Source of the DNA: Octopus sinensis | Lineage: Eukaryota | DNA length: 64,000 nucleotides | Assembly (NCBI RefSeq): GCF_006345805.1 | Contig: NC_043002.1 | Location: 83,204,001 to 83,268,000 of the forward strand | Direction: 5' to 3' | Shown here: piece after piece, positions 27,201 through 38,709 of the stretch | How the letters are laid out: each line of letters begins with the position of its first letter | Position numbering within the stretch: the stretch's first letter is position 1 | Notes under the pieces: model-generated | Databases searched by the model: none | Seen by the model: the letters and a program-made list of their open reading frames with translations, nothing else | What the model was told of the DNA's origin: nothing | Position numbers and translations under genes: made by a program

Positions 27201-27996
27201 TAATTTTCATATCTTGCCCACTTGATTAGATTACCAACCAGAAGAACCATAGTGTGATCAAATAAATGTTACGAAAGTATTTATTGACGTATATGAGCAT
27301 AAAAGCATGAACTAATTCTGCATACAGTGGGCTCAATAAGCACAAAAATGATGATTTTCCTCATTTTTGGGCAAATTCTCTTGCAACCCGAGAGAAAATT
27401 TTAAGTGCACATGCACTTAATTTGATGACTTTCATGGGTATAGTTCCACTGATTGTCAGAATCAAACATCGATTGCAACAGTTAGAACCAACAATTTTAA
27501 GTGCAGGTTAAGAAAATACATCTTACAGCAACCTGAAAATGCTGAAATAATTGATGAACATTTGAACCCTGCCACAATTTAGGCCAAATTTTGTTAATCA
27601 GTTAATCAAAAATCATCTTACACTTTGCTTGAACGGCCTAAGTAAAAATTTATTTGTCTCAACCCATCCTTAGTGCATATTCCATCTGTGTATAAAATTC
27701 CAAGAAAACTGGTTGAAAATTTTAAAAGTTATGGCAGAAAATAACATTCATATGAGAATTTGCATTGAAATGTCCTATTCAGTTTTTTGAAATCGATGGT
27801 GATTAAAACTTTTTGAAATTCCAAATGCATAAGTGGGTTGTATTTATTTATCACCCGATGAGATACATCTGCACCACTGGATGCTCCTGAACCAGTTGTT
27901 GAGTGTCACACCCATGAGGAATCAATGCTAGATGTGTTGAAACAATTGTCATGATTAATAATAAATTCTCGTATATTCCATCTTTCATCTTTCATT

Positions 27997-28039
<43 letters not shown>

Positions 28040-28202
28040 TAATTAAGAGATCAGCAAAAGTTGCTACACCACATACCGAAATTTAGAAATAGCAGTCAAA
28101 CTACTAATTCTTCTACTACAATATATCTCCACCGACAGTAATACTTGTAACTCACATGAGCAAAAATGAAGAAAAAATAATGAAACCAACTAGCCTTAGT
28201 TA

Positions 28203-28261
28203 ATCATGTATGCGTTTCGGGATTAGAATGGTGTTAAATTTGTTTCCTTCTTCAGCATGAT
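28203..28261 (-). ncRNA. Minimal hammerhead candidate in a Penelope-like terminal fragment (about 28030-28300)
   Basis: AUCAUG-CUGAAGA-A-GGA(long loop)UCC-C-GAAA-CGCA-UA/CAUGAU: perfect 6-bp helix I and intact core, but weak helix II. Confidence 0.55.
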
Positions 28262-29018
28262 ATTCGAGACCCTATATCTATAAATTAATAATTCTTTACC
28301 CTATATATATATATAATATTTACCATGTGAACGAAGATGAAAAAAATATGAGAAAGATATGGTGTATAATTTTTTGTGTGCAGGGGTTCCTTGAGACATG
28401 CAGTTTATTTTAAGGGTTATGCAAGGGTAAAAAGGTTGAGAATCACTGGTCTAATGACTGAAATAAGTAGCAGCAACTCTCCAACTGTTGGTTGTTGTTA
28501 TGTATTTTCACATAGTGGTAGTGGAAGATTGTGTTGGTGGCATGTGTTATGATGTTGGTTGTAGTCCCCGTGATGTATTGATAGGAGCCACTGGCCCATT
28601 TCCAATTGACTATTGATTTTCAGGTTGAGGCAGTGGATCAGTATAGCTTAACACAAAGATTTGCTGTGTTCCTTTCTGAGGCTAGTATAAAGGTGTCGGT
28701 AGTGAGGTGCTCCTTCATTTGGACGTAGAATTATGACAGATGCGAAAAATACTTCAATAACAGCGGTGGTGCCCCAGCATGGCCGCGGCCTTCGGGCTAA
28801 AACATTTTTAAGGATTTTAAGGAACAACATTAAGTTTGTAAGTTACAAAAACACTTCCATCGGGTTTTTTTTTCCCTACACCCAATGCCTGTGGTTAGAA
28901 AATTCAATAATATATTTAATATTTACACAGTTTTGCATTAATTAATTAGTTATAATCTTAATGTTTTTCAGAGAAACAAGAAGGTATTTCATCTAGCTGC
29001 TGTCACAGAAAGAAAACT

Positions 29019-29098
29019 ATGTCACAGTGGACCATTGCTGTCGGGGTTGGCCTCATCACTGCATCAGGACTCCTTTACATCATCTTCCGACAGAAAAA
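29019..29098 (+). CDS. FAXC: FAX/FAXC-like gene copy 1, first coding exon (signal-anchor)
   Basis: Exon opens at acceptor tttttcag|aga (28972); ATG at 29019. Encodes MSQWTIAVGVGLITASGLLYIIFRQK. Donor aa|gtatta (phase 2) joins in frame to exon 36649. Confidence 0.8.
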
Positions 29099-29165
29099 GT
29101 ATTATTTATATCGGTTATTCCTTATTATTTTTTATCAACTACGATATAGTCCTCTTATTAGAATA

Positions 29166-29538
29166 CTAGCAGTATCGCCCGGCGTTGCTCGGGTTTGTAA
29201 GGGAAATAACTATAAAGCATTTTTAGAGAGTTATAGCAAAAAAATGGGGGAAAAAATGATGGTAAATTTTTTTGATAGTTAAAAAGGTCGAGTTGCGTCC
29301 CCTAGACTATCTGTGGTTTGTGTTTCTGATTGTCGACCCCATGTCGAATTTATCGATCTTTTTCAGAACTGGGGGAACTTTTCAAAATTTTCGCTGCGTT
29401 AGTTTTGAATTATGACATTGGGCTATGTGTGTGTCAAGTTTCATCAGAATCGGTTGAAAGCCGTGGTCAGAGTGAGGGTACAACCGAACAGACACACAGA
29501 AACACACACAGACAAACTGCCGTTTATATAGAGAGAGA
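29166..29538 (-). mobile_element. Non-autonomous Helitron, copy 2 (373 bp), in FAX intron
   Basis: Same A|TC...CTAG|T termini and nearly identical to copy 1 (a short indel and a few substitutions). Confidence 0.8.
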
Positions 29539-29849
29539 TATGATTATGCACACATACACAAACACGAACTTTGGTACACATATGTGTGCATACATACACA
29601 CAAACGCATACATACAAGGAGGCAGTGCTGTGAAAATGCATGCAAGTGGCATTTCCTCACTATTTCAAATAAATCTAAATTACAATTTGATAAATGTAAT
29701 GAATTCATTAAATGTTTTTTTTTTTTCATTTTTTAATTTTTGCATGAGTTGCCCTATTAAAATTATGCTGGCATATATACTTGGAGGTATTGTGATTTTG
29801 CAGCAAAATTGTATTACTGTTAAAGCTCTCATTTTCAATTAAGATGCTG

Positions 29850-32480
29850 ACATTACAGTATTGTACTCTAAAACTTTCTCTCAATATTTTTGATCCAAAG
29901 TGATGAACAGAAATATAAATATAAGCTGTTTATGTGAAGAGGATTTAGAAATCGTGAGAGAATGTGAAAGATGTTCATTTACAGCTATAGAATTCAAAGC
30001 AAATAATGCTATAGATAATAGCATATAAATATTGAATTAAAAACCTTTTGGGATAGAAAATGTCAAAGGGTGCCTTTTACAGTTAAAAGTGAATTACAAA
30101 TATTAGCATATAAAAGATATGTTGCTTGAATATGGAATGTTGTTTTCATCTCTTTTGCTCTCATACATTATCACCTATGACATGTTTTAACAAATGAAAG
30201 TGGTTATGCGTTGACAGGATCTATATAAAATCTGTCTGTCTATGTTATCATTATGATTGTTTTAACATTTGCATTTCCATGCTTGCATAAGTCAGACAGA
30301 TTTCATTAAGGCAGATTTTCTACAGCTGGATGTCATGCTTGTTGTCAACCCTCACCTGTTTCCATGTAAAGTAATTATTTCCCCATGACTAGACATGTTT
30401 TCATGGCAAAATGGATAGAAACGACACTGATTGCACGACACAAATTTACAAGTATTACATCTATTTACAACAGATCAAGTACATTGAGGGACAGAAGTAG
30501 TTTGTTATACAGTTACTGATTTTAATGAGACAAAAAAATTTTTAAACAAGTGTCTTTTCTGAGATTTAACCAATCAAAACAAAAGATTGCTGAAAACATG
30601 ATGCAAGTAATTTTGGATCAACTTCTAAAAGATGAGATGTCATTTTAAAACTGCTGGCCAGACAATACTACCGTTATGGCTGATTATAAAAACGGTGCTT
30701 AACAAATGAACATTAAATAAAAGACTGCAAAGTTATTTTTGTAAACTACAGTTGACATTATTTTAATTTGGTTGGAATGTATGTTGCTAACAATGATGTA
30801 TCCATGATAAATATATCTGATGCATGTCAATTCTTTATTCATTCTTTTCCTGCTCAACATTCCTTTGGCCAAAGCTGACTGTTGTTGTCAATAGTTGCCC
30901 AAATCTGAATCTAAAACTGAAATAGAACTTTTGGAATTTTTAATGGAAATTCCTTCTTGTACTTCACAATTCCTGTTTGTGTATCGGTTGCTGAATGATG
31001 CCATCTAACCTATTGTTTCTGCTATTTTCTCTCAATGCGCTTGATCTTGAATAGAGTCAAACAGAAAGCCAAACTATTTGGCCATGTGAATGAATGCTAT
31101 AAAGTAATTTGGGGTAGATTATAGATACCTTCGTCTGAATATATTCATTTAATACTGAGAGAAATATGTTACTCTTCCAGGGTTTTTCCCACATTATTGA
31201 GGTGTGTTTCAATGAGAAGATCATGCACTTTACTAACAATTTTAGCAATCCCACAAAACTTTCAAAATGAATTCTCTGTTCCCCTTTATAGGTTTCTTTG
31301 TCACCATGCAGTGCATGACTTTGAATTACTAAACTTTTATCCAATGGAGAATTCTGGGGAGAGTATCTTGCCATTTTTCATATAATTTAGATTGAAGCTA
31401 TATGTTAATGATTCTGCTATTTTCTAAGAGATATCTGTAGCTCTTTACGTATTTTGAAAATAATTCAAACCCAATTGCTATCAGCAAAGTAAAATATTTT
31501 TTTCAAATTTCAAAGAACCTAGATTGTGATACTGAATCGCATCATAGGCGCAGGAGTGGTTGTGTGGTAAGTAGCTTGCTAACCAACCACATGGTTCCGG
31601 GTTCATTCCCACTGCGTGGCACCTTGGGCAAGTGTCTTCTGCTATAGCCTTGGGCCGACCAAAGCCTTGTGAGTGGATTTGGTAGACGGAAACTGAAAGA
31701 AGCCTGTTGTATATATGTATATATATATATATATATGTATGTATGTGTGTGTCTATGTTTGTGTGTCTGTGTTTGTCCCATCCAACATCACTTGACAACC
31801 GATGCTGGTGTGTTTATGTCCTCGTAACTTAACGGTTCGGCAGAAGAGAGCGATAGAATAAGTACTGGTCTTACAAAGAATAAGTCCCAGGGTCGATTTA
31901 CTTGACTAAAGGCAGTGCTCCAGCATGGCCGCAGTCAAATGACTGAAACAAGTAAAAGAGTATATATAGTTTCTGTTGTGTTTTCCTTTTTATGTGATAT
32001 TCAAAAGCTTTTTATATTCTGCTTCACTGAAAGATACATCTGGTTCTTGAAAGATACATTGTCCTACTGATATACTCTCTCCTACACTCTTTTCCAACTC
32101 AGTTAATGTTGGTAAAAGAATAAGTTGTTTAAAAAATAACATTATAAATACACATTTTGTTATAGCTTCTGCTTTTTGCATTTTACCTTTTAATCAAGGT
32201 CTCTATTACATTCAGTTACACTATAAAACTTTCAACAGTTTTTGATACAGTAAGAATTATCCCCGAAAAAGATATCTGTACTTTTTGGTACTTAAAGTTA
32301 ATATATCTCACACATAGGCGCATTAGTTTGCTGAAGTTTATATTAATCAATAACAACTACTTTGACTATTTTGAATCATCAACTAACTCCTCACACAATG
32401 CCAATAGGAATTAACATTGTTCATTAGATCCATGTATTTGATTCAATGTCTTAATCTTTACTAGTATTTTCCCTTTACTG
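29850..32480 (+). pseudogene. Highly degenerate hAT (ZMYM1/Tip100-like) transposase relic, interrupted by SINE and RTE-tail insertions
   Basis: Fragments DNTTVMADYKNG, VNYS*HYFNLVGMYVA (about VNCDNHSLNLVG), KSESKT and RISLLKFILINNNY (about ERSFSKLKLIKNY) occur in the expected order. Confidence 0.45.
31546..31960 (+). mobile_element. OK-type tRNA-derived SINE (representative full copy); others at about 7871-8315(-), 13490-13850(-), 25409-25780(+), 34165-34800(+), 40585-40990(+), plus fragments
   Basis: Recurrent consensus GGCGCAGGAGTGG(C/T)TGTGTGGTAAG...GGTTC...GGAAACTGAAAGAAGCC-(TA/TG)n-...CCAGCATGGCCGCAGTC..TGACTGAAACAAGTAAAAG. The family name is recalled from the octopus SINE literature. 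Confidence 0.8.
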
Positions 32481-34452
32481 CAACTTGTGATTAAATCAAT
32501 TTGGTGCTCTGTGATCGTACATTAAAGAAACACCTGGCTTGTACACTGTTTTAAGTTTTCCTCTTCTCTATATTGTGTGCTGGGGCTTATATAAATGTTT
32601 GAACTTAGATTTGGGTTTGCACAACTATTTGCATTCTTTTTGTTTTACAGATTTCTTACGAACATTTAGAATGGATTAATGCATGCTTATTAGTATACAG
32701 TTACAACACTTGGATACTGCACATTATTCAGTATGGACTATCAGAACCTTTGTAAAACAATGCAATGGAAGGGTCTCTGAGATTTTTTTTAAGGTGGAGG
32801 GGTACTACCAGATATTGGCTTGACTCTCCCTAGCTTTCCAAAATACAACTGGTGTATTGGTTGACTATCCATATCCTTATTTATAGGCCCTGATTACAAC
32901 TTAAAAGGAGAAGAACACTGTGTAATATTGTTTCATTATACAGACACACCATATATCTGTAAAAAATGTCTTCAACTCTATGTCTGTAGGATTAAAGATG
33001 GCCTGAGTTTAACCTTTTAGCATTCAGATGTAATTCTTATTTATTCATGTTCTTTTTAATTAGTCACATATTATTTTGTAGCTTTGAGATTTTGACGATG
33101 TAATTGTTTTTTAGAATAACATTGTAGGGTAAATGTGAGAAGCCAGATCTGGACAGTTTGAGCATAAAATAAGTGGAATATATGGGTCAGATGTAGCTGG
33201 TTTAAATGCTAAAGGGTAACTAGGAAATCCAACATGATGTTGGTGATTTTAGATTACATGTAAGCTATAGTGAGTTATGTGGAGGCGCAATGGCCCAGTG
33301 GTTAGGGTAGCGAACTTGCGGTCGGAGGATCATGATTTCAATTCCCAGACCGGGCATTGTGTGTGTTTATTGAGCGAAAACACCTAAAAGCTCCACGAGG
33401 CTCCGGCAGGGGGTGGTGGTGACCCCTGTTGTACTCTTTTGCCATAACTTTCTCTCACTCTCTCTTTCTGTTTCTTGAGTAACGCTGTGATGGACTGGCA
33501 TCCTGTCTGACTGGGGGGGGGACACATATGCCACAGAAACCAGGAAACCAGGTCCATGAGCCTGGCTAGGCTTGAAAAGGGCAACATTTATTGTTTTGTT
33601 TTTTTTTATAGTGAATTACACTTTCTGGATAAGACTTAGGTAAACATTTTGCACATGTAATAGATGGAAAAGTTATTGCTCATTGCAAATTTAAATCCTG
33701 ATGCTACAATGCAACACTGATTCAGTGGAATCTAATAGTTTCATTTGGTAAATACTATAGTATGAAGACACTTTGTAAGGCACTTTTTAACAGATCTCTC
33801 CATGCCTACTACGTTAACAAAAGAACTCATAACAAAAATTGAAATCCAACACTAGCCAACAAGGAACTTCTAATGTAGTTGCTATATATTGATGATTCTT
33901 AGAAAGCAATATCCATTTGTGGCCACTTCTAGTCAGTATGTCTGATGGGTTGTTAATATTGCTAAATGCAATAATTGGTGCAAATCTGACCAGTCATATT
34001 CCACAACCAGTAATATACAACTCAACAATACATAAAAATATTAACACTGTCATTCATACTTAATTTGCTTGTTTCTGACTTATGGGCAACTAACTGGTAA
34101 TTCTCACACATGCATGCATACACACACACACACACACACATACACACACAGAGGCACATTTGTGGCTGTGTGGTAAGAAGTTTGCTTCCCAACCACCTGG
34201 TTCCAGATTCAGTCCCACTGCATGGCACCTTAGGCAAATGTCTTCTACTCTAGCCTCAGGTCAACCAATGCCTTGTGAGTGGATTTGGTAGATGGAAACT
34301 GAAAGAAGCCTGTTTTGTGTGTGTGCGTATGTGTGTTTGTTCCCCAACACTGCTTGATAGTGTTAGTGTGTTTACATCTTTGTAACTTAGCGGTTTGGCA
34401 AAAGAGAATGATAAGATAGGTACCAGACTTTATATATGATAGGATAGGTACC

Positions 34453-34680
34453 AGAAGGCGACGAGCTGGCAGAAACGTTAGCGCGCTGGGCGAAATGCTT
34501 AACGGTATTTCGTCTGCTGCTACGTTCTGAGTTCAAATTCCGCCAAGGTCGACTTTGCCTTTCATCCTTTCGAGGTCGATAAATTAAGTACCAGTTGCGC
34601 ACTGGCGTTGATGTAATCAACTTAATCTGTTTGTCTGTCCTCTCTGTGTTTAGCCCCTTGTGATTGGTAAAGAAATAGGT
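34453..34680 (+). mobile_element. SINE family with GTCGACTTTGCCTTTCATCCTTTCG(A/G)GGTCGATAAA domain (Meta/MESC-like), nested in an OK-type SINE; other copies at about 9130-10030 (cluster), 34850-34975, 46190-46400, 46732-46934, 47445-47650, 52862-53195(-)
   Basis: The repeated consensus is seen more than 10 times. TSDs: ATAGGTACCA around this copy and 17-bp TATTAATCTTGGGTTTG (46715-46731 and 46935-46951) around the 46732 copy. The domain name is from memory. Confidence 0.75.
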
Positions 34681-34974
34681 ACCAAACTTTAAAAAATAAG
34701 TCCTGGGGTCAATTCATTTAACTAAAATTTCTTCGAGGTGGTGCCCCAGCATGGCCCCAATTTAGTAATTGAAATAAGTAAAGGATAAAAGAAAAGATAT
34801 ATATTGATGACATTTTTAACCCAATATTTACATGCTATTATTTATAGTCAGCAGTGAGCTGGCTGAATTGTTAGCATGCTGGTCAAAATGTTTAGCTGTT
34901 TCATCCATTTTTACATTCTGAGGTAAAATTCTGCTGAGGTTAACTTTGCCTTTCATCTTTTTGAGGTTGATAAA

Positions 34975-36404
34975 GGCAAGACTTCTGCCCATTCCACCCC
35001 CCCACCCCAAAAAATACCCATTAAAAAAAATTTTATTTTTTCGGCTACAAGTGAAAATCAAAAATCAAAATAAAATCAAATCAAATCAAACCAAATCAAA
35101 ATAGATGAACATCAATGGAATTTGTATCTTTGTGGTACCAGTACCGGTGGCACACAAGAAAACCATCCGAACGTGGCCGTAGCCAGTACCGCATCGACTG
35201 GCCTCCGTGCTGTGGGCACGTAACAAACACCATCCGATCGTGGCCGTTCGCCAGCCTCATCTGGCACCTGTGTCGGTGGCACATAAAAACACCATCCGAA
35301 GACCCGGCAAGACTAGTCAGGCCATAACCCGTGGCCCCTACCTGGGACGTAGTCAGTCCACCTGTGCATACCTTCCTTCTTGTGACACTTGTGAAGACCT
35401 GTTGAGGCAAGTGAAAATCAAAACAAATCAAAATAGATGAACATCAATGGAATTTGTATCTTTGTGGTACCAGTGCTGGTGGCACACAAGAAAATCATCC
35501 GAACGTGGCCGTAGCCAGTACCGCATACACTGGCCTCCGTGCTTTGGGGACGTAACAAACACCATCCGATTGTGGCCGTCCGCCAGCCTCATCTGGCACC
35601 TGTGTCGGTGGCACATAAAAACACCATCCGAGCGTGGCCGTCTGCCAGCCTCGTCTGGCACCTGTGTCGGTGGCACATAAAAACACCATCCGAGCGTGGC
35701 CGTTCGCCAGCCTCGTCTGGCACCTGTGTCGGTGGCACATAAAATCACCCACTACACTCTCGGAGTGGTTGGCGTTAGGAAGGGCATCCAGCTGTAGAAA
35801 CACTGCCAGATCTGACTGGCCTGGTGCAGCCTTCGGGCTCCCCAGACCCCAGTTGAACCGTCCAACCCATGCTAGCATGGAAAACGGACGCTAAATGATG
35901 ATGATGATGATGATGGTGAATATAAATCTGCAAAAAAATTGGCAGAAATCAACATTTCTAAATTACCCCACCCCCATCCCATTTCCTTCATTTTAAACTT
36001 TTTTTAGAATTTAAAAAAAAAAGAAAATATGCAGAAAAATACAGAGATTATGTTTCTGAAATTCAATTCCAAAAATCTTTGTAAAATTAAAAATAAAATT
36101 TTTTTTTTCTAAATATGTGGAAAAATATGGACATCATGATTCGGACAAAAATTTCAAAACATTTCTGTACTTATGGTTATGGTTTTAGGGTTAGAGTTAG
36201 AGTTTTAGGGTTAGGGTTAGTGTTGGGGAAAAAAGTCAAAATTAAAGAAGTAGGGTGGGGGAAGGGGATGAAAAAATTTCCCAATGCTGATTTTCGGCAA
36301 TTTTCTGGAACCTCCATATCTGAAAACAGGGATTTCTGGCAAAAAAAATTATAAAAGTAATCAAATTTGGGAGAAAATGGGTGGGGACAGGCAGAAGTCT
36401 TTCC
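34975..36404 (+). mobile_element. Foldback MITE family with internal (TTAGGG)n, copy C, split by the 35048-35915 insertion
   Basis: Left end GGCAAGACTTC...TTTTCGGCTA; resumes GTGAATATAAATCTG at about 35916; TTAGGG run at about 36175-36222; right end GAAGTCTTTCC. Confidence 0.6.
35048..35915 (+). mobile_element. RTE-tailed non-autonomous element with 62-bp stem-loop repeats; relatives at about 2870-3160, 7380-7730, 26170-26645, 38880-39130, 45385-45490
   Basis: Shared 3' end CACTACACTCTCGGAGTGGTTGGCGTTAGGAAGGGCATCCAGCTGTAGAAA...CCAACCCATGCTAGCATGGAAA.CGGACG.TAAA(TGA)n, preceded by a variable number of 62-66-bp TGGCAC..GTGCC units. Confidence 0.75.
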
Positions 36405-36648
36405 TTGATAAAGTAGGTACTAGTTGAGTTCTGATGTTGATCTAAGAGATTTACACCCTCATCCAAAATTGCTTTCTTTGTGCCAAAATTGAAACTTTCA
36501 TTTATAACTTTACCTGCTTTGATATCTACCATTCCAAAGGGAATTATTTCATATATATAAATACACATACACACACATTAGTACTAAGATGTTTTGCCAA
36601 TGTCTCATAGTGTATAATTTTAACTGATGCTGAAACCTTTATTTAAAG

Positions 36649-36775
36649 GAAGAAAATTTACCCTGAAAATGTGATCATATTGCACCAGTTTCCAAGAATA
36701 CGTGAAGCACCAAACATTTCTCCATTTGCTATAAAGCTTGAAACTTTTCTTCGTATGGCCAAGTTACCCTATCAG
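36649..36775 (+). CDS. FAXC: FAX/FAXC-like copy 1, exon 2 (GST-like N-domain)
   Basis: Acceptor tttaaag|g, donor cag|gtaaaa. Encodes KKIYPENVIILHQFPRIREAPNISPFAIKLETFLRMAKLPYQ, matching the FAX/metaxin pattern IILHQF...SPF.LK.ET.LRMA.LPYQ. Confidence 0.92.
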
Positions 36776-37416
36776 GTAAAACTTCCACATTCTGTTTATT
36801 CTTTTCTAAGTAGTACAAAACTGTGTAAGATATTATCATCATCATCATCATCATCATTTAGTACCTGCTTTCCATTCTGGCATGGCTTGGTTACTTTGTT
36901 ATGATCCAGCAAGCCACAAGTTTGAATCAGGCTTTGATATAGTTTCTATGTCCAGATGTCCCTCCCAATACCAACAACTTTACAGAGCAATCTGGGTGCT
37001 TTTTTCATGCTATCAGCACTAGTGGGGTTACCATGTAATTTGCAAGACTGAAGAAGAATAGAGAGAGGAAAAGGAAAAAGCTTCCACTACTAAATGGGAA
37101 GTATTTGAGAGGAGAAAGTAGCTTTATACTGGATTTTGAAAGACAAGGGGACAAGTACAGGTATCTTGCTATAGAGAAGATACATTGCTAACCCCTATTA
37201 TATACTTAGGTGAGTAGGAGTAGTTGCAAAAATGATAAAAGCAGGTAGTGTTGGAAAAAGGATAAATATTCAAAGTGGTGGCTGTGTGGTGAGAAGTTTG
37301 CTTCCCAACCACATTGTTCCAGTTTCAGTCCCAATGCATGGCACCTTGCACAAGTGCCTTCTACTATTAACTCTGGTTCACTCAAAGCCTTGATACACAG
37401 AAACTGAAAGATGCCT

Positions 37417-37503
<87 letters not shown>

Positions 37504-37849
37504 GTGTGTGTGTGGAGGTGCATGGCTTAGTGGTTAGGGTGTCAGTACCATGATCGTAAGATTGTGGTTTCGATTCCTGAACCGGGCGACGCGTTGTGTT
37601 CTTGAGCAAAACACTTCATTTCACATTGCTCGAGTCCACTCAGCTGGCAAAATTGAGTAACGCTGCGATGGACTGGTGTCCTGTCCAGCTGGGGAACACA
37701 TACGCCATTGAAACTGGGAAACCAGGCCCATGAGCCTGGCTAGGCTTTAAAAGGGTGCATTTATTTATATATATATATATATAATTCAAAAAAATTTTGA
37801 ATGTCCACTAATGAACCAATGCATGCAAAAAAACATCATACATAAATGC

Positions 37850-38550
37850 ACAATCACCACACAACAACATAAATATGCATACATAGGAGCCTCTGAAAAC
37901 CTCTGAGAAGCTGTTTTTTGTGATACATTGGAAGTGGAGCTAAACTCTCAAGATATCTCAGCAGCACCCTTAAACCTATCCTTCAGTGATACTCTAACCA
38001 TAATACAATTTTGTTTTGGTGAAGTTTTATGAAGTCTACCAGTTTGGGGTTTAGCACCTGTCGATCCCGATGATTTAAAATAATTCATTACGCAACACTT
38101 CTAGACCTTCCTGCAGTAGTTGCTATCACAGAATTCAACTTACTCTCTTGGTGTACAATCCTTTGTTTTGCTTCACAGGACACCGGTCATCTTTCACAAG
38201 CCTCCACGTTGACAGTTGAATTTGCCAATAACGTAAAATCATGAGAAGTAACTGTTAGCCCATTAACAGTCTTCTAAACAACAAAAACCTTGGTTAGTTG
38301 TTTATTTTTCCTAAGTGAGCCTTAACTAAGTGACCCTTAACTAAGTGACCTCATTGCAGTTTGGAAGATTATTTGCTTATTTCCTCATAAATTATGAAAT
38401 ATTTATTCCAGCCATTTGAAATTTTTATGAAAGACAGATATTAGTTATATCTAAATATGTGTAAAATATCTAGTCCCAACGTGTTGTTAATTTTCTATAG
38501 TAACTATTTCAATAAACATTTGTTCTTACTGACCCTTATATTATGGCTGC
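37850..38550 (-). mobile_element. Tc1-like transposase N-terminal relic
   Basis: Minus strand reads YFKSSGSTGAKPQTGRLHKTSPKQNCIMVRVSLKDRFKGAAEIS*, resembling the Tc1 GRP.KT..R..R...R.F.TA..I motif. Stops are present. Confidence 0.5.
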
Positions 38551-38664
38551 TACAAGATTTATTATTGCTTGTTTACACTTTTTCGATATCAGTGTCTGTA
38601 CGATACTGGAAAAAGGATATGTATTTGTGATGGTAACCTACTTTTCATCGACAACTGTGATTGT

Positions 38665-38709
38665 CACACGCTGATGACGGGTCAATACCCAGAAACTCGA
38701 GTCTGTGTG
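38665..38709 (+). ncRNA. Minimal type I hammerhead ribozyme candidate
   Basis: CACACG-CUGAUGA-C-GGGU(CAAU)ACCC-A-GAAA-C(UCGA)G-UC/UGUGUG: complete core, 6-bp helix I, GUC cleavage triplet and palindromic ACUCGAGU helix III. There is a C-A mismatch at the base of helix II. Confidence 0.7.

Larger units (their letters stand above)
25789..28448. mobile_element. Non-autonomous hAT (Charlie/Buster-type) element carrying nested insertions
   Basis: TIRs CAGTGTTTCTCAACC (25789) and GGTTGAGAATCACTG (28448) match at 14/15. It splits an OK-type SINE tail (catggccaca | gtctaatgactgaaataagta). The 8-bp flanks match only 5/8. Confidence 0.8.
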
